From assembly GCF_000189295.2 (NCBI RefSeq), contig NC_016803.1, positions 2,790,001-2,822,000 on the forward strand: DNA of 32,000 nucleotides. The letters run 5' to 3'. The DNA comes from Pseudodesulfovibrio mercurii (lineage in GTDB: Bacteria; Desulfobacterota; Desulfovibrionia; Desulfovibrionales; Desulfovibrionaceae). Positions 1 through 12,019 of this stretch are shown here, piece by piece; the first letter of the stretch is position 1, and every line of letters starts with the position of its first letter. The notes below the pieces were generated by a model. The model was given only the letters and a program-made list of their open reading frames with translations. It did no database searches and was not told the origin of the DNA. The position numbers and the translations under genes were made by a program.

Positions 1-552
1 CCCAACTGGAACCGGGGCGACTACTACGAATCCGCCAAACCCGAACACGGCCTGGCCGTGGCCCGCATGGTCGGGCACATCACCTACCTGTCCGACGAGT
101 CCATGCGCCACAAGTTCGACCGCCGGCTCCAGGACCGCGTGGAGCTCTCCTTTGACTTCGAAGCCGACTTCCAGGTGGAATCCTACCTGCGCTACCAGGG
201 CAACAAGTTCGTCGACCGCTTCGACGCCAACTCCTTCCTCTACCTGACCAAGGCCGCCGACTACTTCAACCTCGAAAACCACTACGGCGACGGCTCCCTG
301 GTGGCCGCCTTCTCCCGCGCCTCCTGCCGCTACCTGGTCGTCTCCTTCACCTCGGACTGGCTCTACCCCACCTACCAGTCCAAGACCATGGTCAAGGCCA
401 TGAAGAAAAACAGCCTCGACGTCTCCTTCTGCGAAATCGAAGCCCCCTGGGGACACGACGCCTTCCTGCTCCCCAATACCCGCCTCAGCGACCTGCTCTC
501 CGGCTTCCTGAACAAGATCTGCCTGCACTGCCGCATCGGAGACGCCTCATGA
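1..552 (+). CDS. metX: homoserine O-acetyltransferase, C-terminal part (5' end lies upstream of the window)
   Basis: Frame 1 is open from base 1 (PNWNRGDYYESAKPEHGLAVARMVGHITYLSDESMRHKF...APWGHDAFLL), a MetX-type C-terminus. The stop TGA at 550-552 overlaps the next ATG (ATGA), as in the classical metX-metW pair. Confidence 0.88.
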   Translation, partial: PNWNRGDYYESAKPEHGLAVARMVGHITYLSDESMRHKFDRRLQDRVELSFDFEADFQVESYLRYQGNKFVDRFDANSFLYLTKAADYFNLENHYGDGSLVAAFSRASCRYLVVSFTSDWLYPTYQSKTMVKAMKKNSLDVSFCEIEAPWGHDAFLLPNTRLSDLLSGFLNKICLHCRIGDAS

Positions 553-1151
553 GATTCGACCTCCAAGTCATCGCCTCCTGGATCGAACCCGGCAGCCGCG
601 TCCTCGACCTCGGCTGCCGCACCGGCTCGCTGCTGGCCCACCTCGCCGAACAAAAGGCCACCCTCGGCACCGGCATCGAAATCGACGAGGAGGCCGCGGG
701 CCGCGCCATCGCCAAGGGGTTGTCCGTCATCCACGGCGACATCTACGAGGAGATCGAAGACTACCCGGACAACGCCTTCGACTACGTCATCCTCTCCCAG
801 GCCCTCATGCAGGTCCTCGACCCCGAAACCCTCATCCGAGAAATGCTCCGCGTCGGCAAGCTCGGCATCGTCTCCTTCCCCAACTTCACCCACTACAGAA
901 ACCGGCTCCAGATGCTCTTCACCGGACGCGCCCCCATGTCCAAGGAACTGCCCTACGAGTGGTACAACACCCCGAACATCCGGGTCATCCCCATCATCGA
1001 CTTCCGCCGCTTCTGCAAACACCTCGGCGTGCCCATCGTCAAGGAAGTCGCCATCTCCACACACCACCACGACGAACAGGGCAAGGTCATCACCTTCCTC
1101 CCCAACCTCTTCGCCACCTTCGGCATCTTCATGCTCGGACAGGGCAAATAG
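549..1151 (+). CDS. metW: methionine biosynthesis protein MetW
   Basis: 200 aa, MRFDLQVIASWIEPGSRVLDLGCRTGSLLAHL... with a SAM-MTase-like DLGCxxG motif. Translationally coupled to metX; high GC3. Confidence 0.88.
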   Translation: MRFDLQVIASWIEPGSRVLDLGCRTGSLLAHLAEQKATLGTGIEIDEEAAGRAIAKGLSVIHGDIYEEIEDYPDNAFDYVILSQALMQVLDPETLIREMLRVGKLGIVSFPNFTHYRNRLQMLFTGRAPMSKELPYEWYNTPNIRVIPIIDFRRFCKHLGVPIVKEVAISTHHHDEQGKVITFLPNLFATFGIFMLGQGK

Positions 1152-1172
1152 CTCCGGGCTACGGGGCGGGAG

Positions 1173-1599
1173 GGGAATGCCTCCGGCGGCCGGGGCGCTG
1201 CCCCGGACCCCGCCAAAGAACCCTTTGGAAAGGGTTCTCTGGACTCTCCTAAACTTTCTGTGTGCCTGCGGCAGGGGCGTGCGGACGCGGGGGGAATTTC
1301 AGTGTTATTTCCCTCTTAAAAACAACCCCCGCGATTTTGGGCAGAAAAAACGGCGTGCTTTTTCCCGTGAAGAGGCACGCCGTCCGGTTCGTTTTTTCTG
1401 TTCAAAATCGCACACCGGCACGGCGGAAGGCGTCCCGCGCCAGCCTTCCGCCGCCGCACGCCCCTGAGCGAAGCGAACATGGGATTCTCAAGGCCCTCGG
1501 CCTTGAGCGGGTGCAGGGCGGTGCCCTGCCCGCCGGAGGCGCCCGCCCGGCGAGGGCTCCCCCCGAAGGGGCCCCCGGAGGGCCGCCGGAGGCATTCCC
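1173..1599. repeat. nested-palindrome mosaic repeat element, copy 1 (MITE/REPIN/BIME-like), filling the convergent metW/rocD spacer
   Basis: The 19-nt GGGAATGCCTCCGGCGGCC at 1173-1191 recurs reverse-complemented at 1581-1599. A nested inverted 13-mer CAGGGGCGTGCGG lies at 1272-1284 and 1455-1467. Internal perfect hairpins at 1217-1238 (AGAACCCTTT GG AAAGGGTTCT) and 1487-1507. The same termini recur at 18713-19007. Confidence 0.6.
1345..1382 (-). terminator. intrinsic terminator downstream of rocD (weaker on the + strand for metW)
   Basis: Stem CGGCGTGC (1351-1358) pairs with GCACGCCG (1375-1382), extendable with G-U pairs. On the minus strand it is followed directly by U6 (A-run 1345-1350). 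On the + strand a T6 run follows only after about 10 nt (1392-1397). Confidence 0.6.
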
Positions 1600-1615
1600 A
1601 CTCCGCCCCTCCGTC

Positions 1616-2842
<1,227 letters not shown>

Positions 2843-2888
2843 GGGGGCCTCCCGGAAGGGAGGTCGGAACCAGGGTACCCTGCCTTGG

Positions 2889-2904
2889 CGGGTTGTACAA
2901 CCCG
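2889..2904. promoter_or_regulatory. perfect 16-bp palindrome CGGGTTGTACAACCCG in the divergent rocD / kinase promoter region (candidate operator)
   Basis: Exact dyad symmetry read from the sequence, 47-62 nt upstream of the rocD ATG and 72 nt upstream of the kinase ATG. The binding protein is unknown. Confidence 0.3.
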
Positions 2905-2975
2905 GGGTGAAAACGGGGGGAGGTGTTTTAAGTGGAAATACTTGGCGGAATCCAGTAAATGCCAGGTAATACCAT

Positions 2976-6085
<3,110 letters not shown>

Positions 6086-6089
<4 letters not shown>

Positions 6090-7135
6090 ACGATGGCCAG
6101 GGGGGCGTCCCCAGGACCGGCCGGCAGGGCCCGGCCCACCAGGGCGGCGGGTTCACCGGCCGCTTCGAGCATGGCCATGGCCCGGTCCACGAGCTCGGGC
6201 GGCACGGCCAGGAGCAGGCCGCCCGAGGTCTGGGCGTCGAACATCATGTCGAAATGCACGGGGTCGAGCCCGTCGGCGGCCTTGACCCTCGGCAGGTAGT
6301 GGCGGCGGTTGCAGATGGACCCGGCGGGCAGCAGCCCCATGGAGGCCATGTCAAGGGCGCCGGGCAGGAGCGGCACGTCGCGCATGCGCAGCTCCAGGGT
6401 CACGCGGCTGGCCTCGGCCAGTTCGATCATGTGCCCGCCCAGGCCGAAGCCGGTGATGTCCGTGGCCCCGGTCAGGCCGAGTTCGTGGATGATCGCGCCG
6501 CCGGTCTTGTTCAGCCGCCCGCAGGTCTGGAACAGCAGCTCCTCCATGTCGTCGCAGCCGGGCATCTCGCCCTTGACCGCCGTGGCCAGCACGCCCGTGC
6601 CGATGGGCTTGGTCAGGATCAGCTCGTCGCCGGGCCGGACGCCCCGGTTGGAGGCGAAGCGGTCCGGGTCCACGACGCCGGACACGGCCAGGCCGTACTT
6701 GATCTCCGGGTCGTCCACGCTGTGCCCGCCGCTGGGCACGGCCCCGGCCTCCTCCACGGTGTCCTTGCCGCCGCGCAGGACCTCGGCCAGCACGGACATG
6801 GGCAGCTTGTCGGCCGGGAAGCAGACGATGTTCATGGCCGCCCACGGCTCGCCGCCCATGGCGTAGACGTCGGACAGGGCGTTGGCCGCGGCGATGCGCC
6901 CGAACTTGTAGGGATCGTTGACCACCGGCGTGAAGAAGTCCACGGTCTGGACCAGGGCCTTGCCCGCGGGAAAGGACAATATGGCCGCGTCCTCGTTGTC
7001 GCCGGGACCTCCGGCGAGCACGCGGTCGTCAGGCCGGACCCCCAGGCCCGAAAGTGCTATCTCCAGGTCCCCCGGAGTGATCTTGGCCGCTCAGCCCGCG
7101 GCCTTGACCATCTGGACCAGTTTCAACTTTTCCAT
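6086..7135 (-). CDS. selD: selenide, water dikinase (selenophosphate synthetase), selenocysteine-containing form
   Basis: The body matches SelD/PurM-like proteins (VDFFTPVVNDPYKFGRIAAANALSDVYAMGGEP). Reading through the TGA at 7091-7093 in frame adds MEKLKLVQMVKAAG-U-AAKITPGDLE, the SelD N-terminal active-site loop with Sec in place of Cys. ATG 7135 is preceded by AAGGAG 6 nt upstream. The ORF track starts it at an internal GTG (7021). Confidence 0.88.
7061..7093 (-). other. in-frame UGA (Sec, 7091-7093) plus candidate SECIS-like hairpin (7061-7077)
   Basis: On the mRNA, 13 nt after the UGA: CUCCGGG-GGA-CCUGGAG, a 7-bp stem including one G-U pair. The stem is therefore complete only on the coding-strand RNA. 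The apical loop lies about 21-23 nt from the UGA, inside the range reported for bacterial SECIS elements. Confidence 0.45.
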
Positions 7136-7319
7136 GGCATCTCCTTGGATGTCTCCTACCAGAGGGCGGAGGGAAGGGGAAGGGGGGCGTGAACTCGAAG
7201 ACGCGTGCCGCAAGGTACCCGCCGGCTCGGGGCCATACGCCCCGTTTCGCGCACCCGAGGGGCGCACGCAAGGAGTGCGGTCCGGCCGTGGGGCGGCCGC
7301 TGCGTGAAAGGGGGACGCC

Positions 7320-7952
7320 CTAATCGCTGCCCAGGGTTATCTGGAAGGCGATGGAGTAGAGGTGATCGAAGAAATCAACGTATTCCACGGGGATGTGTTT
7401 GGGCACGTTGATCCTCGACGGGGCGAAGTTGATGATGCCCCGGATGTTGGCCTCCACCAGGTGGTTGGCCGCGCGCTGGGCGCGATCCGGGGGCGTGGCG
7501 ATGATGCCGATCTCGAGCCCCAGTTCCGGGGCCTGCTCCTTGAGGTGCGTGGGACAGATGATCTCCATGCCCTCGAACTCCAGCCCGATCTTGTCCGGGT
7601 CGCAGTCGAAGGCCGCGCAGATCTTGAAGCCGCGCTTCTCGAAATCGTGGTGGCGGAGCAGGGCGCTGCCCATGTTGCCCACGCCGATCAAGGCGCACTT
7701 CCACTGCCGGTCGATGCCGAGCGACTGCTTGATTGAGGTGATCAGCTCCTGGACGTAGTAGCCCACGCCGCGCACGCCGAATTCTCCAAAATACGCAAGA
7801 TCCTTGCGGATCTGGGAGGAGTTGACGGAGCAGGCCCGGGCCAGGCGTTCCGAGGAGATGACCTCGTTGCCGTCGCGCAGGAGGTTTTCGAGGACCTGAA
7901 TGTAGACGGCAAGCCGTCCGATGGTCGCTTTGGGGATGTGTTCGCTTTTCAT
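7320..7952 (-). CDS. rex: redox-sensing transcriptional repressor Rex
   Basis: MKSEHIPKATIGRLAVYIQVLENLL...SSERLA...SSQIRKDLAYFGEFGVRGVGYYV forms a winged helix. A Rossmann GVGNMGSALL motif follows. 210 aa. Confidence 0.9.
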   Translation of the reverse strand: MKSEHIPKATIGRLAVYIQVLENLLRDGNEVISSERLARACSVNSSQIRKDLAYFGEFGVRGVGYYVQELITSIKQSLGIDRQWKCALIGVGNMGSALLRHHDFEKRGFKICAAFDCDPDKIGLEFEGMEIICPTHLKEQAPELGLEIGIIATPPDRAQRAANHLVEANIRGIINFAPSRINVPKHIPVEYVDFFDHLYSIAFQITLGSD

Positions 7953-7988
7953 ATCTTAGGGCTCTTTCCGGTCAAGATCGGCTCAGCC

Positions 7989-8006
7989 ATGTGAAATTCT
8001 TAACAT
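7989..8006. promoter_or_regulatory. Rex-box-like operator upstream of rex (candidate autoregulation)
   Basis: ATGTGAA-ATTC-TTAACAT compared with the published Rex consensus TTGTGAA-N4-TTCACAA. The left half-site core is perfect and the right core has one mismatch. It lies 37-54 nt upstream of the rex ATG and just downstream of the atpE terminator. Confidence 0.5.
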
Positions 8007-8017
8007 GAAAGAGGCTG

Positions 8018-8041
8018 AAAAAGGGAGGCCGAAGCCTCCCC
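8018..8041 (-). terminator. intrinsic terminator after atpE
   Basis: On the minus strand: GGGAGGC-UUCG-GCCUCCC (8023-8040), followed by U5 (A-run 8018-8022). It lies 26 nt after the atpE stop. Confidence 0.75.
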
Positions 8042-8066
8042 TTCAAAAGCTTTCGTAAACCTGAAA

Positions 8067-8375
8067 CTAGACGACGAAGAGCAGGATCAGGTTGACGACC
8101 AGGGCGTAAATGGCCAGAGACTCGATGAAGGCCAGGCCCAGGATCAGGGTGGTGGACAGCTGGCCACCGGCTTCGGGGTTGCGGGCGATGCCTTCGCAGG
8201 CGCCCTTCACGCCCATGCCCTGGCCGATGCCGCACAGACCGGCGGCGATGCCCATGCCGATGGCGGTGGCGTAGGCCTTGGCGGACATGACCGGGTCGGC
8301 GCCTTCAGAGGCGAAGGCCACGGAAGCGACCAGAACCATAGCCAGGGTGGTGAACAGAATCTTCGCGATTTTCAT
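8067..8375 (-). CDS. atpE: F0F1 ATP synthase subunit c, with N-terminal signal-peptide-like extension
   Basis: [25 protein letters not shown]...[20 protein letters not shown] is a canonical c-subunit hairpin with the carboxylate in IES. Start at ATG 8375 (MKIAKILF...), preceded by GGAGG 7 nt upstream. The track start at 8432 is a run-on. Confidence 0.9.
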   Translation of the reverse strand: MKIAKILFTTLAMVLVASVAFASEGADPVMSAKAYATAIGMGIAAGLCGIGQGMGVKGACEGIARNPEAGGQLSTTLILGLAFIESLAIYALVVNLILLFVV

Positions 8376-8449
8376 GTGAATCCTCCAAAATGGATACGTA
8401 ATATTGTTGTGGTCCAAGGACCATTTCCCCAAGTTTGTGCGGACCGCTC

Positions 8450-9172
8450 CTAGTGGGCGTGCTCGATGGCACCCTGCAGGTAGAGCATGGTCAGCATGAA
8501 GAAGATGAACGCCTGAATGGTCTTCGCCAGGATGAACAGGAAGTACATCGGCAGGGAGCCGAGGATCGGCGCCAGGAAGAACATCAGGATCAGGACGATT
8601 TCCTCGCCGCGGATGTTGCCGAAGAGACGGAGTGTCAGGCTGAGCGGGCGGGCGAGGTGGGAGATGGGCTCAAGGATGAGCATGAGCGGGGCCAGGAAGC
8701 CGACCGGGCCCATGAAGTGCTTGATGTACTTGAAGCCCCATTTCTTGATGCCTACGAACTGGTAGAAACAGAACACGATGATGGCCATGGCGGCCGGCGT
8801 GTTGATGTTCGCGGTGGGCGCGTCGCAGCCCGGAACCAGCCCGAGCCAGTTCATGCCCAGGATGAAGATGAAAATGGTGATCAGGAGCGGCATGAACTGA
8901 CGGCCTTCCTCGCCCAGGTTGGCGACGACGAAGTCCTCCAGCCCGCCGATGATGGTCTCGAAGACGTTCTGGAGACCGCCGGGAACAAGCTGCAGACGGC
9001 TGCGGACCATCAGGCCGAGGCCGAGAATGATGGCCATGACCAGCCACATGTAGAGCACGTGGTTGATGCTGTCCACGCCCAGGGCCTGCTCAACGTGCGC
9101 GCCCCAGTGGCCGATGCTTTTGAGCATGTCCATGTACAAGAGAGGATGCGGTAATCCGCCCGAAAAACCCAT
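8450..9172 (-). CDS. atpB: F0F1 ATP synthase subunit a
   Basis: 240 aa polytopic protein with the conserved [15 protein letters not shown]...[15 protein letters not shown] motifs (essential Arg in LRLFGN). AAGGAGG lies 7 nt upstream of ATG 9172. Confidence 0.9.
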   Translation of the reverse strand: MGFSGGLPHPLLYMDMLKSIGHWGAHVEQALGVDSINHVLYMWLVMAIILGLGLMVRSRLQLVPGGLQNVFETIIGGLEDFVVANLGEEGRQFMPLLITIFIFILGMNWLGLVPGCDAPTANINTPAAMAIIVFCFYQFVGIKKWGFKYIKHFMGPVGFLAPLMLILEPISHLARPLSLTLRLFGNIRGEEIVLILMFFLAPILGSLPMYFLFILAKTIQAFIFFMLTMLYLQGAIEHAH

Positions 9173-9198
9173 GTCGAAGCCTCCTTACAGCAGCTCGG

Positions 9199-9600
9199 CT
9201 ATTTCTTCCCCAACTGACTCAGGCCGGTTGCGGTGATGTTGACCACCACGGTGCCCAGGCCTGTTATCAACCCCCAGTGGGGAACCCGTTCGACTCCGAT
9301 CAGCCACCAGAGGGCCAGCCCGCTCAGAGTCATTTTTCCCATGAATATGACAAACAGGAGGTATGGTCCGTGCTTCCGGTCGTAGGCCAACGACTGGGTG
9401 ACGCGGGCGAGCGTCCAGAAGTTGACGAGGGCGATGACCGCCCCGGCCAGATAGGCGAAGGACCACCGGGAAAACAGTGTTACCAGCATGATCACTAGAG
9501 AGGTCCCCAGCGACACATAGATCTGATTGCGGACAACGATGCGCACGTCCGGCTTGGTGAAGCCGCTTTTGACGAGCAGCCGCTCAAGCCCTTGGTTCAT
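9199..9600 (-). CDS. atpI: ATP synthase protein I (AtpI-like small membrane protein)
   Basis: Roughly 133-137 aa with 4 predicted hydrophobic helices, sitting immediately upstream of atpB as in F0 operons. Start ambiguous: ATG 9600 or GTG 9612. Either overlaps the 3' end of the preceding gene. Confidence 0.65.
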   Translation of the reverse strand: MNQGLERLLVKSGFTKPDVRIVVRNQIYVSLGTSLVIMLVTLFSRWSFAYLAGAVIALVNFWTLARVTQSLAYDRKHGPYLLFVIFMGKMTLSGLALWWLIGVERVPHWGLITGLGTVVVNITATGLSQLGKK

Positions 9601-9886
9601 CCTGCCCAGCACTCTTTTCTCCGTCCTGTTTCAAAGAACTAGCTTTTTTTTCTTCAACACGCCGTTGCAAACGCCGGAAATCCTCGAAGACCATCTTGAA
9701 GCCGGCGATGATCCCCAGAAAGAAGAAGATCATGATCAGCCACGGTTTTGTCCCGAAATAGTCGTCCAGGAAATACCCGATGGTCAGGCCGACGATGGTG
9801 GCCGAGACGATGTGCAGTCCCATCGTTCCGGCGGTGCCGCCCAACTGGGTAATCTGGACTACCCGGTCGTCTTTTGAAAAGAGCAT
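9584..9886 (-). CDS. atpZ: AtpZ/AtpR-type small membrane protein of F0 operons
   Basis: 100 aa, two hydrophobic helices (GLHIVSATIVGLTIGYFLDDYFGTKPWLIMIFFFLGIIAGF), then a basic/acidic tail. It is the first gene of the atp cluster. GAGGTG lies 5 nt upstream of ATG 9886. Confidence 0.6.
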   Translation of the reverse strand: MLFSKDDRVVQITQLGGTAGTMGLHIVSATIVGLTIGYFLDDYFGTKPWLIMIFFFLGIIAGFKMVFEDFRRLQRRVEEKKASSLKQDGEKSAGQDEPRA

Positions 9887-9952
9887 GTTCGCACCTCGTG
9901 AAGATTGTTTCCCACGCGCGCCGACGGCTGTCCAATATCCTGTATCGGCATT

Positions 9953-9970
9953 TCGTGCAATCCTTCACAA
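9953..9970. promoter_or_regulatory. weaker Rex-box-like site upstream of the atpZIBE operon
   Basis: TCGTGCA-ATCC-TTCACAA: right half perfect, left half with two mismatches to TTGTGAA. It lies 67-84 nt upstream of the atpZ ATG. Confidence 0.3.
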
Positions 9971-10137
9971 GTGGAGGAGGAGTAGCACACGCCGTCGATT
10001 CCCGTCAACGTATTTTTCCGGAACGACTGTTCTTTTCCACGTCTTTCACACTGTCCATAAATACCGGTCTTCCAGGTGGTTAGACCCCAAATGAGGCCTG
10101 TATGTGAAAAATATCCCGCTTTTTGCCGACGCCCGGC

Positions 10138-10169
10138 AAAAAAGCGGGTGGATGCCGACATCCACCCGC
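10138..10169 (-). terminator. intrinsic terminator after the zinc-ribbon/DUF3426-like gene
   Basis: Perfect 11-bp stem GCGGGTGGATG / CATCCACCCGC (10144-10169, 4-nt loop), followed on the minus strand by U6 (10138-10143). A second long hairpin (10115-10148) shares the GCGGG and U-tract. Confidence 0.8.
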
Positions 10170-10197
10170 TGTGTTTTCCGTTTTCCACGCCCGGAGC

Positions 10198-11439
10198 CTA
10201 CTTCGGGTCGCCCACGTCCACCACCTTGACCATGAACTCCTTGACCCCCTCGGGCGGCGCGAAGAACACGGCCATGAACGGCGTGGACGCGCCGGGCCGG
10301 ATGAAGGTGTTGTTGGACAGAATGCCCACGTCCGAGGCCAGGCCGTCGGTGATTTCCTTCTCGGTCTGGACCTGGAGCTGGAACTGGGAGAGCACGTTGC
10401 CGCACAGGAAGGACTGGGAGGTCAGGACGTTGTTGGCCGCGTCGTAGAGGATGACCTCGACCTTGATCCGCTCCTTGGGCTGGGAGAACTTGTTGACCGC
10501 CTTGCCCTCGACCACGAACAGGTTGCCGACCTTCTCGTTGGCCACGTAGTACTGCTTGACGTTCTTGAGCTCGATCTTGCGCACCCGTTCGGCCGGGGAC
10601 TCGCCCGGAGCGGCCTCTTCGCCGCCGGGCTTCTCCGTGAACATCTGGCCCACGAAGGGCACGTTCTTGAGCATGGCGCCCAGGTCCACGCCCGCCAGGG
10701 TCCAGACCCGGAAATAGATGGCCGCGCCGATGCCCAGCGCCAGGACGAGCAGGACGATCAGGCAGCCCAGGGACTTGCGGCTGCCGGGCTCGGGGGTCTC
10801 GTCCAGCTCCAGGCTACCGCCCAGGCCGTCCTCGACCGCGTCCTCCTCGGACTCGCTCTCCTCATCCTCCGCGAACAGCGCCCTGGAGTCGTCGGGCTCG
10901 GCCTCGTCCGTGTCCTCGAACAAATCGCCGTCGTCCTCCTCGCCCTCGTCGGCGAAGAGATCGTCGGATTCGCCCTCCTCGGCGCCCTCGTCGGCGAAGA
11001 GATCGTCGGACTCGCCCTCTTCCCCGCCCATGTCGGCGAAGAGGTCGTCCTCCTCGGGTTTCCCGGCCTCGGGTTCGGGCTCCTCGTCGTCGAACAGGTC
11101 GTCCGTGTCGGGCATGTCCTCCACGACCTCGTCGGCCCGGTCGGACGCCGGGGGTTCGGGCACGTCCTCGATCGCCGATTCGGCCGCGGCTTCGGCCGCC
11201 GTCTCGGCGGCACCGGCCGCGCCCGCGGCCACGTCGTCGAAGGTCTTGTCAAAGGCCTGGCCCGCGTCGCCGCCTTCGTCCTCGATCAGGGCCTCGAACT
11301 CCTCTTCGGGAGACGGCGGGGGCAGTTCGACCTTGAACACGTGCGCGCACTTGGAGCACTTGACCTTGGCCCCGCCCGCGGGAATCTTCTCATCGGGCAG
11401 ATTGTAGCTGGTCTCGCAATTCGGGCAGGTGACGATCAT
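10198..11439 (-). CDS. MJ0042-type zinc-ribbon protein with acidic DDLF repeats, one TM helix and a DUF3426-like C-terminal domain
   Basis: N-terminus MIVTCPNCETSYNLPDEKIPAGGAKVKCSKCAHVF (CxxC...CxxC). Acidic repeat region, then TM helix LGCLIVLLVLALGIGAAIYF, then a beta-rich C-terminal domain. High GC3. Confidence 0.8.
   Translation of the reverse strand: MIVTCPNCETSYNLPDEKIPAGGAKVKCSKCAHVFKVELPPPSPEEEFEALIEDEGGDAGQAFDKTFDDVAAGAAGAAETAAEAAAESAIEDVPEPPASDRADEVVEDMPDTDDLFDDEEPEPEAGKPEEDDLFADMGGEEGESDDLFADEGAEEGESDDLFADEGEEDDGDLFEDTDEAEPDDSRALFAEDEESESEEDAVEDGLGGSLELDETPEPGSRKSLGCLIVLLVLALGIGAAIYFRVWTLAGVDLGAMLKNVPFVGQMFTEKPGGEEAAPGESPAERVRKIELKNVKQYYVANEKVGNLFVVEGKAVNKFSQPKERIKVEVILYDAANNVLTSQSFLCGNVLSQFQLQVQTEKEITDGLASDVGILSNNTFIRPGASTPFMAVFFAPPEGVKEFMVKVVDVGDPK
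10942..11060. repeat. in-frame 42-nt tandem repeats inside the zinc-ribbon gene
   Basis: GCCCTCGTCGGCGAAGAGATCGTCGGA(T/C)TCGCCCTC occurs at 10942-10977 and 10984-11019, with a degenerate third unit after 11029. The units encode the repeated (E)SDDLFADEG(A/E)EEG. Confidence 0.75.
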
Positions 11440-11472
11440 AACACGATCTCCAGAAAATCCGGTTAGTTGGCT

Positions 11473-12003
11473 CTAAGACTCGTTGGACAGCTCGTAGATG
11501 CCGTCCAGCTCCCTGTACCGCTCGTCATAGTCCAGGCCATAGCCGACAATGAACCCGTCGTTCAGTTTGAAACCGGCGAAATCGACGGTCACGGCTTTTT
11601 CCCGTCGCTCATGCTTATCAATAAGCGCACAAATTTTCAAACTCTTCGGGTTCCGCCGCCTGAGCACGTGGAGCAGGAAGTCCATGGAGTGGCCGGTGTC
11701 CACGATATCCTCGATGACCAGCACGTCCTTGCCCTCGATGGCGATCTCCAGATCCTTGGAAAAGACGATGTCCTCGGACCGGGAGGTGGCCGAGCCGTAG
11801 CTGGCCAACCTCACGAAATCGATCTCGATCTCGCGGTCGATGCGCCGGATGATGTCGGCGAAGAAGAGGAACGCGCCCTTGAGGACGCAGATGCAGACGA
11901 GGGAGCTCTCGCCCTGGTAGGACCGGGATATCTCGCGTCCCAGCTCCGCGTTGCGTTCGGCGATCTGTGCGGCGGTGATGAACGGGGTCAGTTTGTGTGC
12001 CAT
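11473..12003 (-). CDS. hpt: hypoxanthine phosphoribosyltransferase
   Basis: 176 aa. PRPP-binding motif VLVIEDIVDTGHS, plus KGAFLFFADI and GYGLDYDERYRELDGIY, typical of Hpt. Confidence 0.9.
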   Translation of the reverse strand: MAHKLTPFITAAQIAERNAELGREISRSYQGESSLVCICVLKGAFLFFADIIRRIDREIEIDFVRLASYGSATSRSEDIVFSKDLEIAIEGKDVLVIEDIVDTGHSMDFLLHVLRRRNPKSLKICALIDKHERREKAVTVDFAGFKLNDGFIVGYGLDYDERYRELDGIYELSNES

Positions 12004-12019
12004 TGCGCTTTGTGTGGGG

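Noticed and set aside
7136-7319. Possible selC (tRNA-Sec) or another small RNA in the GC-rich 184-nt rex-selD spacer, plus a homopurine mirror repeat GGGAAGGGGAAGGG near 7170-7190.
   Set aside because: No acceptor/T-arm pattern (GGTTCGA-type T loop, UCA anticodon loop, 3' CCA context) could be threaded on either strand. The purine tract is short and may just be selD 5'-UTR sequence or a degenerate fragment of the repeat family.
8067-8375. Na+-specific c subunit (Q...ES...Y pattern: [13 protein letters not shown]).
   Set aside because: Only part of the Na+-ligand set is present. The position following Ser is Leu rather than Thr or Ser, so ion specificity cannot be inferred from sequence.
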